Shown here: in pieces, positions 1 through 11,818 of the stretch
How the letters are laid out: each line of letters begins with the position of its first letter
How positions within the stretch are numbered: position 1 is the stretch's first letter
DNA from: Octopus sinensis
Lineage: Eukaryota
DNA length: 64,000 nucleotides
Assembly (NCBI RefSeq): GCF_006345805.1
Contig: NC_043016.1
Coordinates: 6,944,001 to 7,008,000, forward strand
Reading direction: 5' to 3'
Position numbers and translations under genes: made by a program
Notes under the pieces: generated by a model
Told to the model about the DNA's origin: nothing
Databases searched by the model: none
What the model saw: only the letters and a program-made list of their open reading frames with translations

Positions 1-360
1 TCATATAAGGATGAAAAACAAAGTTGTTCTCAGCGAGATTTGAACTCAGAACGAGACAAGTATTGTAGAGCATTTTTTACACGCTCTAGCATGTCTGCTA
101 GCATGCCAATAAAAAAAAGATTAACAAAGAATTGCTTCCATATGTTACATATGGGTTAATTCAATAAATCATTTTCTAATCGTCTTCATGGAAAAAACAA
201 AACAAATCTATTGATTGCTTTTAAAAAGTAAATTTGCCCTCATATACGTATATATGTGTAGGTTTTTCAAATGCTGTTGTTGTTGTTAATGATAATGGCG
301 GTGGCGGTGGTGGTGGCTCTGCTGATAGTGGTTCTAGGGTTTGTTGCTTTGGAATTATTA

Positions 361-1197
361 CGAGATCTGATCAATAAGTACCCAGATTGTTGCCATATCA
401 ACGAAGCTAAAGCATACAGACTAAGGCCACTTGACAGAAATTGAGCTTCAACTCTACTGTGCATGTGCACTAAGTTTTAACGTTCTAACTCACTTCTGCT
501 GTTTACAGCAGTACTTGGAAGGAAGGTGTGTAGCATGTGATCGTCGCATTGACCATGACAAAGTTGTCATGGTGATACCTGCTCAGAGACCTATGCAAAA
601 GTTGCAGAAAGTGTATAGAGAGGAGTGTATGAGCCGCATACAAGTGTACGAGTGGTTCAGACGTTCCAAGATGGTCGAAAAAATGTCGATACTGACGAAC
701 ATTCAGGGAAACCCGCAACCAGCAGAACTGAGAAAAACATTGCAGATGTGCTTGCAGCTGTGAGGGGAAATCGTCAAATCACCATCCGTGGGTTATTAGA
801 GGATGCGTAGATTTGTTACGGTTCAGTTCAGTCCATTATCACTGAAGATTTGGGTATGAGACGCGTGTCTACCAAGTTTGTGCCAAAGCTGCTTTCAGCT
901 GACCAAAAAGACACTCGGGTTTCAGTTGCACAAGATCTTCTTTTTGAAAACTTTGCGCAGGCCTCTGAGCAAGTATCGCCAAGCTTTTGGCAAAATTTGA
1001 TGCAAATTGTTTGCTCAACTTTGTCATGGTCAATGTGACGATCACACGCTACACACGTTCCTTCGAAGCACTGCTGTAAGCAGCAGAAGCGAGCTAGAAC
1101 GTTAAAACTTAGTGCGCATGCACAGCAGAGTTCAAGGTCAATCTGCTTTAGCTTCGTTACTATGGCAACAGTCCGGATACTTATTGATCAGACCAGG
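361..1197 (+). mobile_element. Mariner (Tc1/mariner) deletion derivative whose right end is an inverted copy of its left end
   Basis: TA at 359-360 and 1198-1199. Termini CGAGATCTGATCAATAAGTA... and ...TACTTATTGATCAGACCAGG. Frameshifted transposase N-terminus (KLQKVYREECMSRIQVYEWFRR, GRKNVDTDEHSGKPATS, KFVPKLLSADQK; a WVPxxL-type motif). 943-1197 is the reverse complement of about 361-605. Confidence 0.85.
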
Positions 1198-1859
1198 TAT
1201 GCTCTTTGGCGTTTGTGTCAAGTTTACGAATTTGCGGTGTTTCAAAGGGTTTTACTTCTAATTTCCTATATATATATATATATATATTAGGAAAAAAACC
1301 CATTTTATCAATTCAAAATGAACAATTAAATTACACCTTCTAGAAAATTACATATAATAGAAATATTAAAATTAAAATAACAATAATATACCGATGATTA
1401 AGTAAATTGCAAAATAATAATAATAAAAACGTATATATTTTGTGAAATTTGATTTAGTATTTCTAAATTGAATTTTTCCCTGTAATTTAGGAATAATATT
1501 CCCCCAAATAATAATAATAATATTTATTATATATATATATATATTGTGTGGTGGGTTTATGCTCTTTTTCTCTTCTTTTGTTTCCCCTCATTGGTGATAG
1601 TTTGCTATGTTTCGGTCCACTCATCTTTCTCCGTGACATTTGCCGAGGAATCCCTGGGGTTGGTCAAGTCATGTTGAAAAGTGTCAGCATCATTGGTTTG
1701 GGGAGAAGGCTTTTTTTTAAGAAACTTGTTCTTCCGAGGTTGGTGGTATCTCCTGCTTTCGCTTGTATTTTTTCTTTTTTTTTTGAGCATTTGTGTAGCA
1801 ATTTTGAGGGAGGAGTTTAATCGATACTATTGATCCTAGGTCTTATTATTCTTACTTTA

Positions 1860-2087
1860 GGCGAGCTGGCAGAGACGTTAGCACACCGGGCGAAATGCGT
1901 AGCCGTATTTCATCTGTCGTTACGTTCCGAGTTCAAATTCCGCCGAGGTCGACTTTGCCTTTCATCCTTTCGGGGTCGATACATTAAGTACCAGTTACAC
2001 ACTGAGGTCGATGTAATCGACTTAATCCCCTTGTCTTTCCTTGTTTGTCCCCTCTGTGTTTAGCCCCTTGTGGGTAGTAAAGAAATA
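1860..2087 (+). mobile_element. tRNA-derived SINE, family 1 (head GGCGAGCTGGCAGA; core GCCTTTCATCCTTTCGGGGTCGAT)
   Basis: A-box-like TGGCAGAGACGTTAG and B-box GAGTTCAAATTCC. Near-identical copies at 4737, 9836, 11257, 14198, 49538 and 52056. The core resembles the MetaSINE/MESC-type conserved domain (from memory). Confidence 0.85.
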
Positions 2088-2559
2088 CATATACTTACTT
2101 TAGAAGGAGGTAAGACAAGTTTACCCCTTTACCCCGGAAGTTACTTATTTTGCATTCCTTGTAGGGATGAAAGACAAAATTCATCCCGGTGGGATTTGAA
2201 CTCAGAACATAAAGATTTGGGACACATATTACAGAGCGTTTTTCAGACACTCTAACATTTCTACTAGCTTACAGGTAGCAAAAAAAAAATAGAAAATTGC
2301 TTTCACAGAATCATCCATATGTTACATATGGATTAATTCAATAAATCATTTTCTAATTGTTTTCTTTCGAAAATCAAAACAAATCTGATTTCTTTTAAAA
2401 ATAAATTTTTCTTTATATACGTATGTATGTGTATGTATTCCTCTCCTTTTCCACTTGAGTTCTCCTCCACCTACTTGGTAGCAAGGTTGTTAAGAAAAGC
2501 GTTTTGCTTTAACCATCATCCTTTAAATCAATGTAAATATAGACAGTCTACATGTCTCA

Positions 2560-3120
2560 CATAAGGATGGCGGTCGTGGTGTCAAATCTGTATTGATGTC
2601 ATATGAAGTCCAGATTGTGACAATGAAACATCTGCAGCAGAGGAAAGCGGCCAATAACCGCCTTACCCTAGTTTGCGACTATGAAATCAGCAATCTAACT
2701 AGGATAGTTAACATAATTTGAGAAGAGGTATGAAATAAGAGCTGATCTCTCTCCAAGGAACATTGATAAAATCTATTTATCAGCAGAACACAGTACGAAA
2801 ATTGACCAGTTCATTGAGAATATAATATATGTGTACTTAGCACGGAAAACAAGAACCAAAGATAGGATTGTTCGTGATAAGAGCTTGGCACGTAATACCA
2901 ACAAGTTTACGACATCCCACTTTGAAGGATGCCTTCATGCAACTCGAGAACAAGGGATTCTCAACAAGAACTACAGCATAAGCAGCAGAAAATGGTGACA
3001 ACAAACGTAAGCGGTGCAAGACCAAAGCTGAAGACATCGATCACATTATTTTCAACTGTGGGAGAAAGACTTCCAGATATTATGTTCCCATGAGGCATGA
3101 TGCAATGGCCAGAACGATCG
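2560..3120 (+). pseudogene. Decayed RLE-clade non-LTR retrotransposon fragment (RT C-terminus and CCHC knuckle)
   Basis: Translations KDGGRGVKSVLMSYE, SHFEGCLHATREQ and RCKTKAEDIDHIIFNC..SRYYVPMRHDAMAR match the R4/NeSL-type post-RT and CCHC region; stops and frameshifts present. Confidence 0.6.
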
Positions 3121-4101
3121 GAAAGAGGCCACTATGTTCAGTGAACAGGTATGTTTGTGGATTTAATGAGAGGACGAATGGCAACACCAAAAGGCTACCA
3201 CCTGAATGATGCCATTTTGGTAGAGTATGCTATCCGACTCAATCAACTCCTTATCACTCCTAAAAAGGGAAATTATGTACCAAGTCTTGGTCAGGCATTC
3301 AATAGCACTCACTAGTGGTTGTGAAACTTTGGCTAACTGTAAAGCCCTGACAATCCAATCATATAGTATACTAATAAAAGTCTACGGGTAGTCCAACTAC
3401 ATTACGGTTAAGTTCTTGAAATTTTTTTCTGTTTTTTTTTTCTTGGATCATTTTGTTAATTAGTAGCTGCTGTATACAACTCCACACCTCCTTCTTTCGT
3501 TCAATTTGCTTAAGTGTTATAATGCTGTTGGTGGCACAATGATTCTATAAAAGCATATTGAGGCACCTAGTGTATAATTTGTACACGATGTTCAAGCAGG
3601 CCATTGGGCGGTAAATTTTTAACGAGAGTGTTTGATAAACCAGATTAATTTAATTAGACTTGTTTGGAATTTTCATTTCTATCTCTAAACGAACTTAAAT
3701 GAGTAGCCAGTCTTTTTTTTTTTTTTTTTTTTGAAATAAGCAACGCTGCACCGATGTAAAAGTATTAAGTTCCCCCTGGTGTAACTTTACATCTATACAC
3801 TACATTTTTGTTTTGCATTTATTATTGATAGAATACGAGTTTTGTTTTGAACAATTACAGAGATTATTTTGTATATTTCTAATTGAACAATCGCAGAGAT
3901 TATTTTGTAGATGTCTTATTAATTTGATTGTTAGGGATGAAACCGAATTCGTTTTTCCACAATTCTTTATTATAACTTACACTTTCATATAGTAACGTAA
4001 TATTACTTCTCTTTCTAGCGGAGTTTTTATTCGATTCAACATCATTTATTTGAAATATTGAATTTCTAAATGTCTCAAAGAGACATGAGTGGTGGTGGAG
4101 C

Positions 4102-4511
4102 GATAGAGTGGTTGTATATTGTCAACATAACGTGACAGTCCCGTAAAGGGAATTACACCACCGCTATTTAGCCCTTGGAAGCATCGACTCTTCCTGTCGG
4201 CTTTGACACATTTCCTGTGTCCTTATATTTGCGAAGGGGATAATATATATAAATATATATATTTGCGAAGGCTTGGCAGGCATTTCAACTAGCAGGACTT
4301 ACTACCCTGGACTAATGACGAGCAAGACCCAGAAACATGCATGTCTTCAGGTTGCTAGTCCTAGCTGGTAGAGGTGCTTCGCAAATATAAGGACACAGGA
4401 AATGTGTCAAAGCCGACAGGAAGCGTCGATGCTTCCTAGGGCTAAATAGCGGTGGTGTAATTCCCTTTACAGGACTGTCACGTTATGTTGACAGTATACA
4501 ACCACTCTATC
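4102..4511. repeat. Foldback element with ~135-bp near-perfect inverted arms (4102-4236 and 4377-4511)
   Basis: GATAGAGTGGTTGTATATTGTCAACATAACG...TTTGCGAAG is the reverse complement of CTTCGCAAA...CGTTATGTTGACAGTATACAACCACTCTATC with a few mismatches. Confidence 0.9.
4306..4351 (+). ncRNA. Degenerate type I hammerhead ribozyme motif
   Basis: Stem I CCTGGA/TTCAGG; core CTAATGA (one change from CTGATGA); GAAAC-ATGCAT-GTC palindromic stem III; stem II damaged. Confidence 0.5.
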
Positions 4512-4736
4512 ATTTATTTGATTAAACGGGATTGTTTCCCTTTCAGCGACGGTTATATTTGTAGCGTTTCTTTCTATTTGAGTTTTTGTATTCAGTTCGA
4601 CATTGTTTATATCGCCATTACTATTCTCAATATTCACTTTCCCACTCTGATTAGAATAACTTTTTTGAATTTTCGAGATTATGTTTCCGTTGGGAGCTGC
4701 TATTATTTGTGCAATGTTTCTGCTAATAAAATAAGC

Positions 4737-4950
4737 CAAACGGCAGAATCGTTAGCACGCCGGACGAAATGCTTAATGGTATTTCGTCTGCCGCTACGTT
4801 CTGAGTTCAAATTCGCCGATGCCTTTCATCCTTTCAGGGTCGATTAAATAAGTACCAGTTACGCACTGGGGTCGATATAATCGACTTAATCCGTTTGTCT
4901 GCCTTGTTTGTTCCCTCTGTGTGTAGCCCCTTGTGGGTAGTAAAGAAATG
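4737..4950 (+). mobile_element. SINE family 1
   Basis: Same head, B-box, core and tail as 1860-2087. Confidence 0.85.
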
Positions 4951-5228
4951 GGTTTTGTTTTTGTTTGAAATTTCATGATACGTATGAGTTTTAGGAAAAT
5001 ATTTTTCTATTGGTCTATTAAACAATTTGGATAAATTATAATTTATTTGCATACCAATTGGGATAATTAACCACAAAGTATTCTTCGAGTTATAATTACA
5101 ATCGTAATCTTGATGTTTATACCAGTTTTTTGAAGGAGTAAGCATTTTTCCATTTTGATTCTTATTTAGACTAGTGTTTAATCATTTTGTTGTTTTTATC
5201 TTGAAAGTGTTTAAGTTTTTATTAAAGA

Positions 5229-5573
5229 CTAGCACTATGACACAGCAACGCCGGGTCATAGTCCTAGTGCATGCATATACAGCTGCGTGCGTGTGCACAT
5301 ACACGTGCTATGTCAAATCTCCGACCAATCACATAGCTAGCTGGCATTCAATTGGCGTATCAAGTTTCGGCATTTTGATGGGTTTGGGATAGAAAATTCA
5401 CAAGAAAGTCACTTCTATTGATTTTTTAATGGCTTTGCGGGGTGACTGGGGAAATGTAAAGAAGTGCACGACCACCCTTGGACGGTTTTGAGTGACCATA
5501 GAAAGTGCGAGCCCTCTAACTGAAAAATTGTGAATTTGTATAAAGGACACACATTTTGCCGTTTATATATAGA
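5229..5573 (-). mobile_element. Non-autonomous Helitron (family also at 24425-24763)
   Basis: Reverse complement of 24425-24763; terminal palindrome followed by CTAG on the minus strand. Confidence 0.75.
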
Positions 5574-6352
5574 GAGAATATTTTATCTTTATTCTTGTTA
5601 CCAGTTCCAGAAGTTTTAACTTGGTTATATACATTCTTATATCTTCCCTTTTGTTCGAATTCTTATTATAGTTTATTGAAGTACTTTCCCGATTAAAAGT
5701 TCCCTATTTTCATTGTTTCATTAAGTTTCATTCATTTAATGCGAATATTCTTTTGCTGTTTTCTTTACTTACAGATTTATTTTTAGTACTAGACTTTTCG
5801 TTTTGTACTGTTAAATTTATTATTTGTATCATGTTCATTATTTATTATATTAAACTTTATATCCTGCTTTCTTAAGTGCTAAGTTACAATAGTTTTCATT
5901 AGCCGATGCAATGAATATTCTCGTCGTAATGTTCATTACGAGTGAGTTTGTTACTGATTTGGGGTGATTACTACCAATGTTTATATGTTTTATGTTTTCA
6001 TTAGGTTTGGGATAAAGTTTATAAATTCTTTTGTAAACATCAAGTGTAACATCCAAGAAATTAGCAGATCTATGCACATTTTCTATTGTTATTGACAGTT
6101 CTATAAATAATTAATTCAACAATACAATAATAAATTTAATAGTACAGCACCCGTCTAACCCTTTAATTATCCTCCAACACATTTCTTAAATAGCCACTAA
6201 ATATAGCAGTGCATGGTTATTGGATATACATTTTTACATATTAAACGCATTCCTGGAAGCTTGTACGTAAATACTAATGATTTTAGGTACGTGGTATTTC
6301 GTTATACAATAGTAATATACTATAAGGGATGTTAAATGCTTTTATAAGTTGA

Positions 6353-6709
6353 CTAGCAGTATCGCCCGACGTTGCTCGGGTTTGTTTCGACCCGCTGGAA
6401 TTGTAATTTTGAAAAGTAAAAATTTTGTGAACATTTTTCTGGTCGAAATATACCGAAAAGTGGCGACACAGCAGTGAAAAAATCGTAAAAAATAGGGATT
6501 TTCATAGAAAAAAGCAGCATTTTGATGTAAATAATTTTTGGTGTTAACACGGTCCGATTTGAATTTTATGTTCTACGGAAGGAAGAGCAACCCTTCTTCT
6601 ATCATACTCTCAATTTTGGTCAACTTGCGCCACAGGGTCTCGGAGGAGATAGTGTTAGTTGAAGGTTACCAAACGTGGTGCACACAGACAACTTCAGTTT
6701 ATATAGAGA
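6353..6709 (-). mobile_element. Non-autonomous Helitron
   Basis: Minus-strand 5' TC and 3' CCCGAGCAACGTCGGGCGATACTGCTAG (hairpin plus CTAG). Confidence 0.75.
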
Positions 6710-7351
6710 CTAGCAGTATCGCCCGGCGTTGCTCGGGTTTGTAAGGGAAATAACTATATAAGCATTTTTAGAGAGTTATAGCCAAAAAATAGCAAAAAAT
6801 GCATTAAAAATGGAAAAAAAAAAATATGATGGTAAATTTTTTTAAAAATCGTTGACTCATCGTAGACATTTTTAGAGAGTTACTTCCCTTATATATAGCG
6901 AAAAATGCATTAAAATGGAAAAAAAACGATGGTAAATTTTTTTTTAAATCGTAGACTCATGTAGACGCTTTCTTAGCCATTTCTGTTTTGGTGTCTTCAA
7001 GCCATGAAGTCGTTGTTCTAAAAGAACACTGGTCTCCTTGACAACGCATTACGACGTTGATTTCCTTACGCTCCCTTCCCCACAGGTGCAGGTGTGAGCG
7101 TGGACGGCCAACTCCGCCGCCATCGACACACGAAAAATTATGCATTAAAAATGGAATAAAAAATGATGTTAAATTATTTTTAAAATCGTAGATCATCGTA
7201 GACGCGCGCTAATATTCAGACGGGCTCGATATGAATCACGACTATAAGCTACCCGAATTTGGTTAAACTGTACCGCAAAATGTGGGGAGTAGTTAGGAAT
7301 CTAAATCGAAGGGGACAGACACTCACACAACTACAGTTTTATATATATAGA
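6710..7351 (-). mobile_element. Non-autonomous Helitron, head-to-tail with the previous one
   Basis: Same hairpin/CTAG 3' end; body is the reverse complement of the family at 41433-41811; three internal repeats of about 65 bp. Confidence 0.8.
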
Positions 7352-7399
7352 TATACATGCGCAGTAGTGGTGAGATATGACAGCAAAGAAAACATACAT

Positions 7400-7660
7400 T
7401 CACTCTCTGCATGCAATTAGACTCGGAAAGTTCGTGAGGAACCCATTGACCCAATTTGCTGACTTTTCCGATAGCACACAGGTCTCAATGAATGGTTGAA
7501 TGACCAAATCCAAGCTTCTCTGCTAGTTCCTCACAGTTACGATGATATTTTGTTCCACCAGGGTTTTCAGGATGTCCTTGTCGAGTTCTACAGATCTTTC
7601 AGGATGAGGCTCGTCTTCTAGGCTGTAGTATGGCTCGGGATTTCTGGAACCACCATTAAC
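7400..7660 (-). pseudogene. Mariner transposase fragment
   Basis: Minus-strand YSLEDEPHPERSVELDKDILKTLVEQN..EELAEKLGFGHSTIH..IGKVSKLGQWVPHELSES (HTH plus WVPHEL motif). Confidence 0.8.
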
Positions 7661-7789
7661 ACTGCCTTACGCTTATTGTCCAATCCCCATATACTGCATT
7701 AATATTTCTTGTACTTTGCACACATTATATTCTGTTATTCTTTATATGTTTCAGCCTTGAGGTTGTGGCCATGCTGGATCATGTGTGGT

Positions 7790-7954
7790 GTGTGTGTGTG
7801 TGTGGTGTGTCTATCTGTCTGTTCTGTCTGTATGTATAATGTATATGTATGTGTGTGAACAATAATATTTTCAACAGATGTGTTGCAAATGTATCTGATT
7901 TTCTCAAGCTTCAATACTGTGTGTGTGTTATGTGTGTGTGTGTATGTATGTATG

Positions 7955-7986
<32 letters not shown>

Positions 7987-8115
7987 TGTGTGTATGTATG
8001 TATGTGTGTGTGTATGTATGTGTGTGTGTGTATGTGTGTGTGTGTGTTATGTATGTATGTATGTATGTATGTATGTATTATGTATGTATGTATGTATGTA
8101 TGTATGTATGTATGA
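7790..8115. repeat. (TG)n/(TATG)n compound microsatellite
   Basis: Direct reading; explains the MYVC-type ORFs. Confidence 0.95.
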
Positions 8116-8289
8116 GTGTATGTTTACTTTATTACTATTACTCTCTTCCAAGAACATTTTCACTCACTCTTAGCTCTTAGCTTCCCATACATTTTACTCA
8201 TGTATCTATCAGCGGCATAGACAGAATACTTTCACTTTAGTCTTCCTCAAATCACTCTGTCGATTTACTTTTCATATTTATTCGTTGCC

Positions 8290-8536
8290 CACTGTGTGTG
8301 TGCGTTTGCGTGTGGTGTAAACCAGACTAGAAAAGCATTTGACACACACACCAGAATGTGAGTTTTCTGTAAATTTTGCTTAATTGGAGTTTAAATTTTA
8401 AAAACTGGACCTGGCATGACGCGATGCATTGTACTCTTAAAACTGCTAGGTAAATTGTAATTGAAGAAATCCTATATTGTAGATTTGTATAACTCCAAAG
8501 GGAGGCAGATAAAATCTGCCTTTTATAATAAGAGAT
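8290..8536 (+). mobile_element. Helentron/HINE-like non-autonomous repeat (relatives at about 9060-9370, 9550-9799 and 22115-22360)
   Basis: Shared body ending in the stem-loop GGCAGA-TAAAA-TCTGCC followed by TTTTATAATAAGAGAT, with an internal GT microsatellite. The class assignment is inference from the end structure. Confidence 0.55.
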
Positions 8537-9549
8537 AACACACACACATTAATACACATACATAGAACACACACACATGTATGTATGGATGTTTATATGT
8601 ACATCTGTCCACTTCTTGCAATATTTTTATCCTTCACTTCCTACATACATAACACACACACTTACACACATACACAGACACACACACACACGCACACACA
8701 CACACCTCTTAGCTTACAATTTCTTTCTGTCAACAATTGACAACAGAAGTACGCTCGCCAATTAATACTACCAAAATTTAACGACAGAAAGTAAATTAAA
8801 AACCAATTTACCTTTCTGTATTGTTATGGCAATCCGACCGTCGGTGTGTTTGTTTTGCAAATGGTTTCGAATGAGAAGTGAGTTGTGTTTGGCGCCTTTT
8901 TTACTAATAACAAACACACCACGGTGTGTGTGTTTGAGTGTTTGTATGTAGTTGTTTGAAACGTTTGTGTTTGTCACTGTCATATATGTATGTGTATGCG
9001 TGTGTGAGGAATGGCAAACCAGATAGATAGCGCGCGAAGTTCTTTTGAAGTTCGCGCTCCGCTGTGTGTGTGTGTGTGCGTGCTTAGGTACACAGCACAA
9101 CATTACTCTCTCTGTCTCTTTACACACACTAACAAAAGCACTTCACTTACACACCACAATTTCTGTGTCGCATATCCCATCAACACACACACACACACAC
9201 ACACACTCACGCACGCATACATGTACATCAATGCTTTCGGAGTGAAATGTTAAAATGTTGAGTTTTCTCGAATTTTGTCTAATTGGGGTGAAATTGAAAG
9301 AAATTTTGTATGGCATGACCGAATGGAAGTACTTTGAAAAAAGCATAGGTAAACTGTAATTGAAGAAATTGGTGTGAGGAGTAAATCGTTATAGTATTTA
9401 TTTGTTTCTGTTTGCTGTTTTTTTTTTGAGTAGTGGTTTAAGGTACACTTCTCTCGTTTTATAGAAATAGTTTCACTTTAATCGTTGCACACTTGCAAAG
9501 AAAAGGAGTAGAAATTAGGTGATAGCGTGAGTGAAGCACATCGCTCCGT

Positions 9550-9799
9550 TTTTGTGCGTGTGTGTGTGCGTGTGCTGTAGCCCACACTAAGAAAAAGCAC
9601 TTGACTTACACACCACAATGTGAGTTTTTCTCTAATTTTGCTTAATTGGGGTTCAAATTTTAAAAACTGGACCTGGCACGACCCGATTTATTCTACTCTT
9701 TAAAATGCTAGGTAAATTGTAATTGAAGAAATCCTATATTGTAGATTTCTATAAGAGACAAAGGGAGGCAGACCAAATCTGCCTTTTATAATAAGAGAT
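9550..9799 (+). mobile_element. Helentron/HINE-like repeat copy
   Basis: High similarity to 8290-8536, including the terminal stem-loop. Confidence 0.55.
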
Positions 9800-9835
9800 A
9801 CCACGTTCTACTGCGTTAGCAGTGCGCTATTATAA

Positions 9836-10222
9836 GGCGGCGAGCTGGCAGAAACGTTAGCACATCGGGCGAAATGCTTAGTGGTATTTCGTCTGCCGCT
9901 ACGTTCTGAGTTCAAATTCCGCCGAGGTCGACTTCGCCGTTCATCCTTTCGGGGTCGATAAATTGAGTACCAGTTACGCACTGGGGTCGATATAATCGAC
10001 TTAATCCGTTTGTTTGTCCTCTCTGTGTTTAGCCCCTTATGGGTAATAAAGAAATAGGTATTTCGTCTGCCGCTACGTTCTGAGTTCAAATTCCGCCGAG
10101 GTCAACTTTGCCTTTCATCCTTTCGGGGTCGATAAATTGAGTACCAGTTACGCACTGGAGTTGATGTAATATATATATAATTGAGTACCAGTTACGCACT
10201 GGAGTTGATGTAATATATATAT
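9836..10222 (+). mobile_element. SINE family 1 followed by partial internal re-duplications
   Basis: Full copy at 9836-10056, repeated core at about 10057-10170, and repeated TTGAGTACCAGTTACGCACTGGAGTTGATG. Confidence 0.85.
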
Positions 10223-10423
10223 ATGGAAACGTCGTAACAAAAATCGGTGCTGGTTATAATCTGTATGGAATATCTGCAGAAATAAGCTTGATAAATATGT
10301 TAAACGTACTGCTTACGCATAGAATGTGGTGTTGATTTAGAAAATCGTTTAATATACTTTATTGTATATTAAGGTTGCATGACGAAATACCGCGCACCTA
10401 CTTGTTGTTATTATATATTATAT

Positions 10424-10462
<39 letters not shown>

Positions 10463-10494
10463 GGTCATGTTGATGATGATATGCCCCTAAGATA

Positions 10495-10670
10495 TGAATG
10501 CTTACAATTTTCAATAAATTCGGTTTGAATATGGCGGTTAAAAGAAAACTTAAGGATATTAAAGACTTCTTAGATGCCACCCTTAAACTAACTCGAAATC
10601 TTATGAGCTTTCCAATAAACCAAAATAAAAGTAACTCCATTGTACATACGCAATTCCTATAAACCAATTC
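10495..10670 (+). pseudogene. Possible Penelope-like RT fragment
   Basis: TIFNKFGLNMAVKRKLKDIKDFLDATLKL resembles the NFLDVTL region of the Penelope relic at 5850-6080. Confidence 0.4.
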
Positions 10671-10869
10671 CTCATAAGTAAGAGAATAAGTACATTCTTT
10701 TCTACTGAAGTCATTCTGTGATTATACACCCAGTAATCTCACCAGCATTCAAGTTTGTACCCGTTTATCTATATTCACAAATACGAAAATGATTATCGAT
10801 GTATTTGCAAAATTGGCTAATTACTCTTCTTCAGTTTTAAATGTAATGCACAAGCGACAATCTACCAAG

Positions 10870-11240
10870 CGAATGTTCAGTTTCCTGCAGGGTCCACCAT
10901 CTGCAAATTCGCACATAAGCTTGTATGAATGATAAATATACAAACGATAAAAAGAATTCTTTAAAAACTTCCCGTCTCAACTTGAGTCTCCAGGTCTCGA
11001 CCACGCCACTGTAAACGCTTCGACAGGGTAACCCTCTTGCTATTCGAGGGAAGAGATTTATTCCCTAGTCTGGGATGTAACTTATAGCGACACGGTCTCC
11101 GGTTCCAACCTCGCGGCATCTGCTGCAGACCCTTGTGTCGCCGATCTTAACGCGAAGAGGAAAATCTGCAACGAGTGTCGCTGACCAATCTACAGGACAA
11201 CCTAATCACGGTCATTACCGTGGGTTGCAGCTGAGCATCT
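10870..11240 (+). pseudogene. CRE-like RLE non-LTR retrotransposon endonuclease fragment
   Basis: FPSQLESPGL, KRFDRVTLLLFEG and SLVWDVTYSDTVSGSNLAASAADPC..NAKRK match the restriction-like endonuclease region; frameshifted. Confidence 0.6.
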
Positions 11241-11256
11241 TTCGTGTTCTGGATAT

Positions 11257-11476
11257 GTATTTCTTTACTACCCACAAGGGGCTAAACACAGAGGGGACAA
11301 ACAAGGACAGACAAAGGGATTAAGTCGACTACATCGACCCCAGTGCGTAACTGGTACTTAATTTATCGACCCCGAAAGGATGAAAGGCAAAGTCGACCTC
11401 GGCGGAATTTGAACTCGGAACGTAACGACAGACGAATTTCGCCCGGCGTGCTAACGTTTCTACCAGCTCGCCGCCT
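11257..11476 (-). mobile_element. SINE family 1
   Basis: Reverse complement of 1860-2087. Confidence 0.85.
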
Positions 11477-11778
11477 GGATATGTGATCCATCGCCCCTCT
11501 CTGTCCGCCTTCCGCTGATTCGTCCCTTTTTTCTCCATCTTTTCTTTTTAGCTTTTTTTTCTCACCTTTTTAAAGCGTATATTAGTAAATAAAATTATTT
11601 GTCTTACTTGTAAGAACAACGACGCAGCTTTATCTTGCTACGCATTTAAAGAAAAGAAAGTGATGATATCTTGCCATTTAGCAGCTGTAATTTTTATTCA
11701 TAGTTCTATTAATTAGTGCTTGCCAAATTAATGTTTTCTATGTATCTATCTCAATAATCATCTAAGTTCCATAGCGTG

Positions 11779-11818
<40 letters not shown>

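Larger units (their letters stand above)
3500..6200 (-). mobile_element. Decayed Penelope-like retroelement (RT thumb to GIY-YIG), interrupted by younger insertions
   Basis: Minus-strand fragments in the expected order: ANFLDVTLD..KPNENIKHINIGSNHP (about 5850-6080), KNTLWLIIP..KYFPKTHTYHEI (about 4960-5100), SRNIAQIIAA (about 4700), then CNC..NKCKTK.VVYRCKV..YIGAA..RLATHLSSFRD (about 3650-3870). Confidence 0.7.

Noticed and set aside
270-443. Short hydrophobic ORF resembling a membrane peptide
   Set aside because: Built from GTT/GGT simple repeats and runs into the mariner TIR.
1860-2087. tRNA genes at SINE heads
   Set aside because: A and B boxes are present, but there is no complete cloverleaf and the heads continue into SINE bodies.
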